From assembly GCA_030633885.1 (NCBI GenBank), contig DAOWBV010000002.1:1-47435 (forward strand): a stretch of 47,435 nt of DNA, written 5' to 3'. The first letter of the stretch is position 1; each line of letters begins with the position of its first letter. The position numbers and the translations under genes are program-made. Of the stretch, positions 27,618 through 37,143 are shown one piece after another. The notes beneath the pieces were generated by a model. It was not told where the DNA came from and ran no database searches. It worked only from the letters and a program-made list of their open reading frames with translations. Source of the stretch: Planctomycetota bacterium. Its GTDB lineage: Bacteria > Planctomycetota > MHYJ01 > JACQXL01 > CAKKQI01.

Positions 27618-30548
27618 CTACCGAGGCAAAATTTCTTTGATTTGTTTTTCCAGCTTCTTAAATTTGGTCTTAAAACCGTATTTGTCTTTATCAAGTTCCG
27701 GGGAAATAGTCATCCTCATGTCTTCAATTTTTTTTAATGCCTTAGCATATTCCCCTTGTTTATAATAAATCTCAATAATATGGTAACGGGCGTTCCACCA
27801 TTCTTCGAGGTATTCACCTTGTTCATTTTTGGGTAGAGAAATGACCAGCTCGCTCCATTCCCGCAGGGCGCTGGTCAAGTAACCTTCTTGCCCGGGCTTT
27901 TCCGCGATCTTTTCGTAAGCGGTCGCTGCCAAGGTCTTGATCAAGCCGTCATTCGGTCGTTCCTCTTTTAACCTCAAGATATGGTTCAGGGCCGAATCCC
28001 AATCATTAAGTTTCACGTAACACTTGACTAATTTATAGGATATCTTCCAGGCCGGTTGGCTCAACGGAACGTTGTCTTTTTTAAACTTATTGGTCAGGAG
28101 ACCCTTATAAATAGACACTGCTTCCCGGAAAAACTTTTCCCGGTTCAGTTCTGAAGCGGCCATATAAATCGTGTCGCCGATGGACAGGGCGGTCGATTCA
28201 TTAAGGAATGCTCCCTGTTCGATCCAGGTCAGCAGGAAATTAGCCAGTTTTTCCTGGGCTTGAGTGAATTTTTCGTGTTTTTTCGGGTTTTTGACTTTAA
28301 GTTCCGCTATTTTTGCCGGGCGATCCTCGGAAGGCACATCCGGCGGGATGATCTTGTTCGTGATCGCTTCGTAGCCCAGCACGATCAGCTGGATCGATGA
28401 GGTCGGTGGATCCAAAGTATTTTTCTCGCTGTAATCCAGTAGTGATTTAAGGTAAACTTCCGCTTTGTCCAGATCGTTCATCCAAACGGCCGCTTTTATT
28501 TTTGACCGAAAGACCTGAGTAATGATCTGATGCCGGCCGTCATATTTGGTTTCCATCCCTTTCAGTACAGTGAAAACCCGACGGTATTTTTTTATTTCTT
28601 CATGCAGATAGATCCGGGCCAGGTAAGTTTTTGAATACATGATAAAATCAGTCGCTTTCGGATCACTTTCGAATTTCTTGACAAAATTATTGATATTTAT
28701 ATCGGCCTGATGATAAGCTTTTTTTGCTTCTTTTTTTAACTGGTTTTTTTTGGTTTTATTCTTGGCGGTCAAATAATTATTCCATTGTTTTTTAGCGGCC
28801 TGAAAATACATATAACCCACGTGAAATCGGGAGTTGAGGTATTTCGGGGAAGACTCCGGTACTTCGCCGAATAGCTTGGCCGCCAGCAGGTATTCCTTTT
28901 TGATTTTGTGTTCGGTCGCGATGGGATACTTGATCTCCCGGGTTGCCTCACTTTCCGGCCAATTTTTGTTCAAATACTTGATCAAGTAACGGTATTTTTC
29001 GGTGTCAGCATTTTCCTCTTTGTTTTTACCTTTTAACTGGTGCCCCATGATTAAATATGTTTCCGCGGCCATCTTGACCGCCCGCGGGGCCCATAATTTA
29101 TCGTTCTGGTCTTTGACCTCGCGAAACTTCTGTTCCAGTGTTTCGTAGAACATGGCTGCTTCATAAAGACGATAGAGCGGTTCGCCGTCTAACGTGCCAT
29201 AATTTCGCCAGCGGCAGGCGTTACCCATTAACCAGAGTGCTTCCGGTAGATAGGTTTCTTTGATTTTGCGCGGGGCTTTTTCCAGGGCGGCCATTAATCG
29301 CTGGCCGTGTCGGACCACTTCATCATAATTGCCCCGGTCAAAAGCGTCCCGGATCGTGTTTAAACGGATATCCGGTGGGATGGCGATGCCCATCCGGCTG
29401 AATTCATCCTGTTTGTCTTTGGCCTTTCGTTTGGCCGGTCCGTTGGATTTGATGATTTCCTGGACTAGGGCAATCGCTTCGGAGCCCCGGCCAAGATTGG
29501 CGTAAGCCGTCGCCTTTTCCATAAGGGCCAGTTGAGTCAGAGATTCATTTTTAGAATCGGGATACCATTTTAATGTTTCTTCCGCGCTCTGGATGGCCTG
29601 ATTGAACTCCTGGTTGGCGTTGGCGGTCATGGCCAGGTGATAAAAACCTTTTTGAATAGTGCTTTGATAATCCATTAACCAACCCTGACGTTCCTGGGTG
29701 GTACGACTTTCTTTTTTGATCTTTTCGATCAATTTATGGGAGGCGATCTTAAAATAGATCTGCGCTTTTTTATAATCACCCAATTCATAATAACAGAGAC
29801 CGCAGAAATCAGCCACGTCAAAAGAGATAATCATTTGTCCGTATTTTAACAGGAAGCTCCGGAACAATTTGATTCCTTCTTTTAAAAGAACTTCTCGTTC
29901 CTTGTTATTTTTATCATAGAGCAGAGCGTTGAAATATAAAGTGACCGGATGTGAACGGGATGCGCCTACCAGATTGTTTTCCAACCGTTTACGTTCCGCC
30001 GCAAGTTTTTTATCTTTCGTACCCCACGGGATTTTGTTGATTCGTTTTTTATAAACCTTGATCATGACCTTAAAATAATCGGCCGCTTGGCTGTAGACTG
30101 CCTGAGTTTCTTTCTTCAGCTTTTCCTTAACTTCGGCGTCAGTTTCGTTCTTCATCCAGGCGACCAGGAAACGGCCTTTATCTTGCAACAGTTCGCCGAT
30201 TTCGAATTTGGCGTCTGTCACCGCGTCATCATCCTGGTTCGGGCTGTTTTTAATAAAAGTTTCGATTAATTTAATGGTTGTATCTAGGCGCTCTTTGCGT
30301 TCTTTCGGCGTCCGGGAAAAATTGATGCCGTATTTTTTTATCCGGATCCTGGTTAACCGGGCCTGGGTTTTAAGATTGTCCGGTACGCCAGTGATGGTGG
30401 CGTAGAAATCATCGGCCATCAGAATATAACCGTTTTCGGCTAGTTTTTCGACAAACTTCAGATCGGCCTGGACATCAGCCCGGCTGATGGAGGTGGCCAG
30501 TGTTATCAGGCCGACTGTGATGAATAAAATAATGATCGTTTTTTTCAT
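27618..30548 (-). CDS. Secreted large TPR-repeat protein (976 aa)
   Basis: Signal peptide ending ...TSISRA. All-helical sequence with repeated TPR-like W/Y/A patterns throughout. Confidence 0.7.
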   Translation of the reverse strand: MKKTIIILFITVGLITLATSISRADVQADLKFVEKLAENGYILMADDFYATITGVPDNLKTQARLTRIRIKKYGINFSRTPKERKERLDTTIKLIETFIKNSPNQDDDAVTDAKFEIGELLQDKGRFLVAWMKNETDAEVKEKLKKETQAVYSQAADYFKVMIKVYKKRINKIPWGTKDKKLAAERKRLENNLVGASRSHPVTLYFNALLYDKNNKEREVLLKEGIKLFRSFLLKYGQMIISFDVADFCGLCYYELGDYKKAQIYFKIASHKLIEKIKKESRTTQERQGWLMDYQSTIQKGFYHLAMTANANQEFNQAIQSAEETLKWYPDSKNESLTQLALMEKATAYANLGRGSEAIALVQEIIKSNGPAKRKAKDKQDEFSRMGIAIPPDIRLNTIRDAFDRGNYDEVVRHGQRLMAALEKAPRKIKETYLPEALWLMGNACRWRNYGTLDGEPLYRLYEAAMFYETLEQKFREVKDQNDKLWAPRAVKMAAETYLIMGHQLKGKNKEENADTEKYRYLIKYLNKNWPESEATREIKYPIATEHKIKKEYLLAAKLFGEVPESSPKYLNSRFHVGYMYFQAAKKQWNNYLTAKNKTKKNQLKKEAKKAYHQADININNFVKKFESDPKATDFIMYSKTYLARIYLHEEIKKYRRVFTVLKGMETKYDGRHQIITQVFRSKIKAAVWMNDLDKAEVYLKSLLDYSEKNTLDPPTSSIQLIVLGYEAITNKIIPPDVPSEDRPAKIAELKVKNPKKHEKFTQAQEKLANFLLTWIEQGAFLNESTALSIGDTIYMAASELNREKFFREAVSIYKGLLTNKFKKDNVPLSQPAWKISYKLVKCYVKLNDWDSALNHILRLKEERPNDGLIKTLAATAYEKIAEKPGQEGYLTSALREWSELVISLPKNEQGEYLEEWWNARYHIIEIYYKQGEYAKALKKIEDMRMTISPELDKDKYGFKTKFKKLEKQIKEILPR

Positions 30549-30550
30549 AA

Positions 30551-33142
30551 CTAAAATTGTTTTCTTTCTTCTTCGGTCATAATAGTGATTTTTGATTTAA
30601 TAATGATCATCAGAACGTTTTTTCCTTTACCGGTCGCTCTTCGCCGGAACAGCATGCCCAGGATTGGGATCTTGGAGAGGAGCGGGACGGCTGATTGTGA
30701 GTAGATCTCAGATCCGTGCGCGTAACAACTGATCATGATGGTTCCACCGTCCGGGACGATCACGTTGGTTCTCAGACGCTGGTATTCCATGTCCGGTATT
30801 TCGATGCTCGGGGTGCCGCCGCCGACTAGGTTGGGGTTAAGTGTTCTCAGATTCGGCGGCGGTGGTACCAAGCTGGAGATCGATGGCCGTAATTCCAGCG
30901 TTATGTATTTCAAGTCCGCGCTGATACTCGGCCGGACATCCAGCACCACGCCTTGAGCAATCACGTCCGGGATCGGGTCAACCAGCACCCGGCCCGGTAA
31001 GGCCAGGATAGTGTCGTAATCCCGGATATAAGTAAACTGTTGAGCAATATAAATATGGGCTCGCTGACCGTTAAAAATCGTTATTCTCGGGGCGCGTAAC
31101 GTTTTAGACCGTACGTCTTTTTTGACTGCTTGCAATATCATGGAAACGTCTGTATTATCCAGGATCGTGTAACTCAAGGTACTGCCGCCGGTATTACCAA
31201 GAACGCTGGTGAAAAATCGGTTGGCTAACAGGTCTCCGCCCAAGCTGGTTTCGATCCGGCCTGACAACTCGCGGTTTCCTCCGCTATAAAGACCGTAAAT
31301 ACCTGAGGATAGCCCGCCGTCCTCGCCGGGATCATTGGCAAAAGCCGGTCCGTCCGGAGCGTTCGTTCCGAAATAAGCCGGTAACACGGGAGCAGGCGAC
31401 TGAAGTCCTCGCATGCTTACTCCAATGTCTTCCAGAAAAGAGTCGACTACTTCAATGAACCGGGCTTCGATAGTGACTACCATGTCCATGGCGGTCCTGA
31501 TTTCTGTCAGCAAAGTTTCGATCTGCGACTGGATCCGCGGTAAGTGTTTAACCACCAGGACGCCACTGCTTTCCTGGAACTCGATACTGAACGGGTCTTC
31601 CCAACCTTCGGTTTCACTTTTGGCGATATTATCTTCGATTAGTTTCTTTAGTTCATCACCGGAAATCCGCGGGATTTCACTTTCTTCTTCCATCATTTCT
31701 TCTTCTTCTTCCAACCCGATTTGGGGACCAGGGAAGTCGACGATCGGGATGGTCAGATCCAGAATATCATACCAGCTGGTGACTACCTTTGATGCTTTGA
31801 TTTTTTCGTTGCTGGTAATAATGATTACTCCGTCCTGAACTATGTAGCCCCAGTCCTGAGATTTTAGCATTTCACTCAGGGCGACCCGTAACGGGATGTC
31901 AACGACATTATAAGTAACCTGTTCTTCCGCGCTGACCTCGGAGCTGATAATGATATTGATACCCGGGACATAATCGCGGACGAACTGGATGATCTCGGCC
32001 AGAGAAGCCCCTTCACCGAAGGGAAAGTTTAATCGCCGGTCAAGTAACAGTTCGGCCTCCTGGTTAAGCGGAGAAGGCGGTTTTTCTTCTTTCATTTTCC
32101 GGGGTCCGCGCCGAAGAGTTTTTTTCCATTTTTTTTTGTCCGGGAACTTAACGACCTCCACCTGAGGAATGGTTTTCTGGTACCAAAATTCAAATGTTTT
32201 TTTCCATTCTTCGGACAGGGTCTTGGTATTTAATTTCCGGAACTCGGCTTGCTTAGTAGCCAAAGCGATATCCTTTAACTTTTTCGCCACTCTATTCGAC
32301 GGATCTATACTCAGGATTTTGTTGCACAACCGGACCGATTTGTCATAATTTTCTTTTTCAAACTGTTCCTGAGATTGCCGGAAAAGCATTTCAATCTTGT
32401 GGACAAAATCTTCCCGGCGTTTGATTTCTTCTTCCTTGGTCCGGCGGCGGGCTTCCGCTTCGTGTTTCCGACGCAGGGCGATCGCCTGGGACTCTTTTTT
32501 CCCCTGGTTCTTTTTTAAATAATCCTTGGCTTGCTTCTGGTAAACCGAGAGGTCCGCGTGATAAGGAAACCATTCTACCGATTCGATCACCCATTTGAAT
32601 TCTTCTTCCGCTTCATCGTATTTCTGATCTTCGTAGGCCCGAATACCTTTGTATAAATGGTTTTCCACTTCAAGCCGAGCTTGTTGAATTTTGACTTTGA
32701 TCGCATTGATCAAGTTACGGGAAAGTCGGCCAATATTACCGTCCACGCTTTCGCCCTGGGCACTGCGGACATCATTCAGCTTGTCTTCGGCCTTGGGATG
32801 ACCCAGTTGACTGGCGCGTTCAAAATGTTTTTTCGCCTTTTCGTAGTCGCCTTCCAGGTAAAATTTCACGCCGATTCTATAATAACGTTCGGCCAGAACT
32901 GTTTTTTGTTCATTACCGATCTTCCGATCATCTTCCAGTTGCCTTATGATATCTGAATAAGGATCGGCGACCGGTTGCCCCAGTCCAAATTCCGGCAGAG
33001 CGCTGCCGTTGGCTTCCGGTAAGGCGTTTTTTTTCAGCGGGGCCGGGGCGACTGCTTCCGGGGTACTGCCGCACCCGCCCAGTAATAATAAAAAGATCAG
33101 TCCGAACTGGCTAACCATTAAAATTTTCAAGTTTTTCATCAT
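30551..33142 (-). CDS. Secretin-family outer-membrane lipoprotein A (863 aa). Domain order: TPR/coiled coil, N-domains, secretin domain.
   Basis: Lipobox LGGC. Secretin signature AVPLLSKIPILGMLFRRR...VLMIIIKSKI. The N-terminal TPR block aligns by eye with secretin B. Confidence 0.8.
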   Translation of the reverse strand: MMKNLKILMVSQFGLIFLLLLGGCGSTPEAVAPAPLKKNALPEANGSALPEFGLGQPVADPYSDIIRQLEDDRKIGNEQKTVLAERYYRIGVKFYLEGDYEKAKKHFERASQLGHPKAEDKLNDVRSAQGESVDGNIGRLSRNLINAIKVKIQQARLEVENHLYKGIRAYEDQKYDEAEEEFKWVIESVEWFPYHADLSVYQKQAKDYLKKNQGKKESQAIALRRKHEAEARRRTKEEEIKRREDFVHKIEMLFRQSQEQFEKENYDKSVRLCNKILSIDPSNRVAKKLKDIALATKQAEFRKLNTKTLSEEWKKTFEFWYQKTIPQVEVVKFPDKKKWKKTLRRGPRKMKEEKPPSPLNQEAELLLDRRLNFPFGEGASLAEIIQFVRDYVPGINIIISSEVSAEEQVTYNVVDIPLRVALSEMLKSQDWGYIVQDGVIIITSNEKIKASKVVTSWYDILDLTIPIVDFPGPQIGLEEEEEMMEEESEIPRISGDELKKLIEDNIAKSETEGWEDPFSIEFQESSGVLVVKHLPRIQSQIETLLTEIRTAMDMVVTIEARFIEVVDSFLEDIGVSMRGLQSPAPVLPAYFGTNAPDGPAFANDPGEDGGLSSGIYGLYSGGNRELSGRIETSLGGDLLANRFFTSVLGNTGGSTLSYTILDNTDVSMILQAVKKDVRSKTLRAPRITIFNGQRAHIYIAQQFTYIRDYDTILALPGRVLVDPIPDVIAQGVVLDVRPSISADLKYITLELRPSISSLVPPPPNLRTLNPNLVGGGTPSIEIPDMEYQRLRTNVIVPDGGTIMISCYAHGSEIYSQSAVPLLSKIPILGMLFRRRATGKGKNVLMIIIKSKITIMTEEERKQF

Positions 33143-33155
33143 TAGTCTCCCTGGT

Positions 33156-34145
33156 TTACTTTTCTTTTGTTCTGGGGACAGTCGCTTTATAAATGTTCCC
33201 TTTTTTATCCGCGTAACTGATAATATATATTAATTTCGTGATGAATGTATCACTGTTCCCGACTTTTACTTTCTCGGTATCTTTAGCGATATCGGTTATT
33301 TTGTATGGAGTTTCAAAAGAAGTACCGGCGCCAATAAGTTCACCTTTTTTGTAACTGCGATAAGCGTTTTTCCATTCCCCATTTTTGAATTTTTCTATTT
33401 GAATATATATCTTCATGCTTGATAATACATCAAGAGGTTTAATTTTTACATTATTAAGTGTCGTAACTGACTTGGACCGGCTCTTTTTGAAAGTAGTTTC
33501 TTGCGTGGTCACGTTTTTTCCGTCGGTTAGGGCCGCCACGTAATAAGTATAAGTGGTCCGGCCGGCGACCGTGTCATCGATATATTTATAATTGCCTTTA
33601 GCCGTGGTGGTGATGGTATCAGTTTTCATCGCTACGATCAACTTGAAATCTTTGGCTTCAACCGTGCTCCGGTAGATTTTGTAACCAGTCGTTTTGGCAA
33701 TGGTTTTTGAGGGCTCTTCGTTTTTATTCCAAACGATGGTTACCCGATCAGGCATTTTTGGATCGATCAGAATATCGCTGATCGTTGGCGCGATCAGGGT
33801 TGTTACTTGGGGTGGAGGCGGCCTGATATAATTGACTTCAAAAAACGGCTGGCGGTACATCATCCAGGCGTTGGCTGGGGTCGGTTTTTCCCGTGACTCA
33901 CCGTCCCAGATCTTTTTGATTTTTTCGTAAGTGGTTGGCGGAACCGGTTTCCTGGCCGGCGGTAGTTTGTTAGTTATTATTTTTTCTTTGACGGTATCGA
34001 TATCCGCGGCCAGTTGATTTAACTCCGGGTTGTTTGCTTGATTCGGGGAAGAAGCCAGGAAGAAATAGATCAACGTCAGGACCGCGGCGCCCAGGATGAT
34101 TCGTTCCGGATAATTACTCGTCATATTTTTTATTTTGTTGAACAT
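33156..34145 (-). CDS. Bitopic membrane protein: N-terminal TM helix, Pro-rich spacer, FN3-like beta domain, C-terminal beta domain (329 aa from the ATG at 34145)
   Basis: TM helix IILGAAVLTLIYFFLA. Pro-rich PPARKPVPPTT...RPPPPQ. FN3-like VTIVWNKNEEP...GYKIYRS...YTYYVAAL. The start at 34145 avoids a 71-nt overlap with the upstream gene. Confidence 0.55.
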   Translation of the reverse strand: MFNKIKNMTSNYPERIILGAAVLTLIYFFLASSPNQANNPELNQLAADIDTVKEKIITNKLPPARKPVPPTTYEKIKKIWDGESREKPTPANAWMMYRQPFFEVNYIRPPPPQVTTLIAPTISDILIDPKMPDRVTIVWNKNEEPSKTIAKTTGYKIYRSTVEAKDFKLIVAMKTDTITTTAKGNYKYIDDTVAGRTTYTYYVAALTDGKNVTTQETTFKKSRSKSVTTLNNVKIKPLDVLSSMKIYIQIEKFKNGEWKNAYRSYKKGELIGAGTSFETPYKITDIAKDTEKVKVGNSDTFITKLIYIISYADKKGNIYKATVPRTKEK

Positions 34146-34149
34146 AATT

Positions 34150-35115
34150 TCAGCCTTTTTTCGAGCCGGTTTTTTTAGGAGCAGGCAGTGGAGTTTCTTT
34201 AATTTCAAAGTCCATGACATTGCCGGTCAAAACTAATTGGACCAGTGGTTTTTCCAGCGGGGGTGGCGACCACTTGCCTTTTTCGTTCTCGTAAAGAGTT
34301 TTGCTTTCTTTTTCCGGGTTCCGGCTGATCTCTTCCGGGATTCGAGTGATATCAATACCTTTCAAGGTCACGAAGATATTGTCCGGGCCTGGGTTCAAGA
34401 CATGTTCGACAAATTTCGGCAGGACATCATAAGACAGGTAGACATGGGCTTTAAAATAAATGTAAGCACCCAGATTATTCGGCAACTTCTCAATACCGCC
34501 GTGTTTGGATTTTTTGAATTTTATGTAAACACACTGTTTTACTTCTGAATCCACCATGGCCTGTTTAAGTTTGTTCTGGATCCAGAAACGTTTCTGGAGG
34601 ATCTTGAAATTATTCAGGTTAGGTTCGAACCCCAGCGTGTGGCTTTCCTGCGTATAATTCATTTCACTTGTTTCCCGCAACGGAACATCACCGATCGTTA
34701 TTTCTTTTTCTTTCAATAGGTTGATAAAACTTGATGTTTGAGAGCCGTAACGGGTGTCAAAATCACCTTCATCCGGTAGGCCGTTTTTGAGCGGGAGGCC
34801 GGGAAACCATTCCTCTAACTTCGCGTCTGCTTGCCGATAATAATCCACGCATTTTCGGTTTTCTTCTTCGGTTAGTTGGACCCAATCATTATATTCTTTG
34901 GCCCAAGCCCGGCTCGGTAGATCGGGTCCTTTATTGACATATTTTTCCAGGGCCTCTTTCCTTCCGGGCAGTTCCGCTGAACCCATTAATTGGTCTTCCA
35001 GTGTGGCGATTTCGTTCCAGCGGTTATTAATATCAAGCACAAAAAATGCCACAAAAATCACGCCTGACACAAGCATGGTAATCCAAAAAGGACTTCTTAA
35101 CGTGCTTAGTTTCAT
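34150..35115 (-). CDS. Bitopic coiled-coil protein, PilO/GspM-like and possibly Amuc_1100-like (321 aa)
   Basis: N-terminal TM helix FWITMLVSGVIFVAFFVL followed by a coiled coil. AGGAG RBS. Sits between a PilM-like gene and a secretin gene. The family assignment is by architecture only. Confidence 0.5.
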   Translation of the reverse strand: MKLSTLRSPFWITMLVSGVIFVAFFVLDINNRWNEIATLEDQLMGSAELPGRKEALEKYVNKGPDLPSRAWAKEYNDWVQLTEEENRKCVDYYRQADAKLEEWFPGLPLKNGLPDEGDFDTRYGSQTSSFINLLKEKEITIGDVPLRETSEMNYTQESHTLGFEPNLNNFKILQKRFWIQNKLKQAMVDSEVKQCVYIKFKKSKHGGIEKLPNNLGAYIYFKAHVYLSYDVLPKFVEHVLNPGPDNIFVTLKGIDITRIPEEISRNPEKESKTLYENEKGKWSPPPLEKPLVQLVLTGNVMDFEIKETPLPAPKKTGSKKG

Positions 35116-35287
35116 TCAATGTCTCCTACGGGGACAGTTTTTGCCCCGTTTATAATTGTAGCAAATTTTGTACCACAACAGAGGGTAGAAGTCTAATATA
35201 TCGAATTATATCTAAAATAAAGCGATTTCCTATGTTTTTTCATTGAGTAATGTAATCATATTTAACATTGTGTAAAATATTATTACA

Positions 35288-37114
35288 TTATTTATTAATT
35301 AATGGTATTTCCATGTTAACTTCAAATCGGTAATACTTTGGATCGTTAATCGAATCGACAATATTGATTTTTTTCTCTTCATTCGGGGTGACCAATTCCC
35401 GGACAATGCGGTTAGTGCCGATCAATTTCGGGGCCCGCTCTTCGCATTTGAATTCTTCGGCCAGCGGTTTAACCAGCTTATTCTTAATAAACATTTGTGA
35501 TCCGACCGGATCCGGTCGCCCGTCTTTTTCGTGATAGATCATGCCGCAGATTATTTTTAAAACAACGACTGGATTAGTTTGACGGTTGGCTCCTTTGACA
35601 AATTTCTTCTCCGCGTTTAGACTTAATAACCAGATTTTATTTTGTTCGAAATGTTGCAGTATTTCGTCGTCTTTGGGCACGTCGCTTTCCATGAACCCCT
35701 TGTCGAAATTCGGCGCGTTTTCCAGCATGACTGGTATTTTATTAAGAGCGTTTAACAGTTTTACCCAAATATTAAGATCCGGTTCAATATACGATATAGC
35801 GGCCAGCTGTTGTTGGATCGGCGAAATTTTTTGGATGGCCTGATTGACTTCCCTGTTGATCTTTTGTGCTTTTTCGATGGTTTCTTCAGCTTTCTGGTCG
35901 AGCGCCTGCAAATTTTCATAGGTTTTTTTGCTGGCCGAATGCAAGATCATCAGGATCAGCGCGATTACTACCGCGATGGCTGCGATCACCGGTTTCTTTT
36001 TCGAAATGGCTTTTTCTTTGATGGCTTCCTGTGATAGCAGGTTGATACGGTTATTGGTTAATTCTAATCCCTGGGTGGCCAGGCCCAGAGCTACGCCCAG
36101 GGAGGGCATATTCGTGTGTAATAATTGCTGGCCATTCGGTGACCGGGCCTGGATCGCCCGGGCGGTCGGCTCGATCTTGTTCAAGCGCGTAACCCGTATC
36201 GGTTGTAACTGTAACCGCTGGGCCAGGAATTCTTCAAAAAAGACTGTCTGCGAGGCATTGCCGGCCAGGACGATCTTATCAAAATTAATTGCTTTGCCTA
36301 AAGTGGAAAGACTTTTATAATAACCGATTGAACGGTGAATTTCGCTGACCAGGTCTTTGAGGACCGGTTGAATGGCGTTAAAGATTTTGCCTGCTTCCGC
36401 GCCTTGACCGACATTGACTTTTTTTTGTTCTGCTTCCGGAAACGCCAGATCGAATTTTTGCTGAAGGGCTTTGGTGATATCATTTCCGACGATCGGAATG
36501 TTCCGGATCCAGAATGTGTCTTCGTCTACCACGATCAGGTCCGTGTTGTTGGCCCCGATATCCAGGATGATAAAACTCTGGCCCAGATCGTAATCGTACA
36601 TGATAAAATTATACAGCGCGATCGGGTTCAGCTGGAGGATGTCGATATTGATCTTGGCCAGGGTCAGCAGGGAAAGGAACTGATCGACCAGTTCCTTCTT
36701 GATGACGAATAAGCCGACGTCCAGTTCTTCGTCCGGTTGGCTCGGTTTTTCTTTCGTCGCCTGGTAACGCCAGACCACTTCATTCAACGGGAAAGGGATA
36801 TGTTGTTGGGCTTCAAACTGAATGATCTCTTTTAACCGGCCCGGTGAAACCGGCGGTAGTTTGATGAAACGGGCAATCGCTGAATGGGCCGGCAGGGAGG
36901 CGACGATCTGGTCGCCCCGCAATTTGTGGCGGCTGGTGAAAGTGCTCAGGACTCCCCGGATTTCCTGTTCCAGGCTGTGTTCGTCCCGGCCCGGTGCGAT
37001 CGAATACTCGATCACATCAATGTCGGTTAACTCGACTTTACCTTTGATAAATTGGAGCCGGACCGCCTTGAGCGATGATTTACTGACGTCTAATCCCCAG
37101 GCACCTTTCGGCAT
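35288..37114 (-). CDS. PilM-like actin-fold domain fused to a TM helix, PilN-like coiled coil and a periplasmic domain (GspL-like architecture, 608 aa)
   Basis: WGLDVSKSSLKAVRL and ILDIGANNTDLIVV (PilM/FtsA-like phosphate motifs). TM helix VIAAIAVVIALILMIL at about aa 375. Coiled coil. GGAGG RBS. Confidence 0.75.
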   Translation of the reverse strand: MPKGAWGLDVSKSSLKAVRLQFIKGKVELTDIDVIEYSIAPGRDEHSLEQEIRGVLSTFTSRHKLRGDQIVASLPAHSAIARFIKLPPVSPGRLKEIIQFEAQQHIPFPLNEVVWRYQATKEKPSQPDEELDVGLFVIKKELVDQFLSLLTLAKINIDILQLNPIALYNFIMYDYDLGQSFIILDIGANNTDLIVVDEDTFWIRNIPIVGNDITKALQQKFDLAFPEAEQKKVNVGQGAEAGKIFNAIQPVLKDLVSEIHRSIGYYKSLSTLGKAINFDKIVLAGNASQTVFFEEFLAQRLQLQPIRVTRLNKIEPTARAIQARSPNGQQLLHTNMPSLGVALGLATQGLELTNNRINLLSQEAIKEKAISKKKPVIAAIAVVIALILMILHSASKKTYENLQALDQKAEETIEKAQKINREVNQAIQKISPIQQQLAAISYIEPDLNIWVKLLNALNKIPVMLENAPNFDKGFMESDVPKDDEILQHFEQNKIWLLSLNAEKKFVKGANRQTNPVVVLKIICGMIYHEKDGRPDPVGSQMFIKNKLVKPLAEEFKCEERAPKLIGTNRIVRELVTPNEEKKINIVDSINDPKYYRFEVNMEIPLINK

Positions 37115-37143
37115 TTTTGGCCTCCATTATGTATTAAACATAC

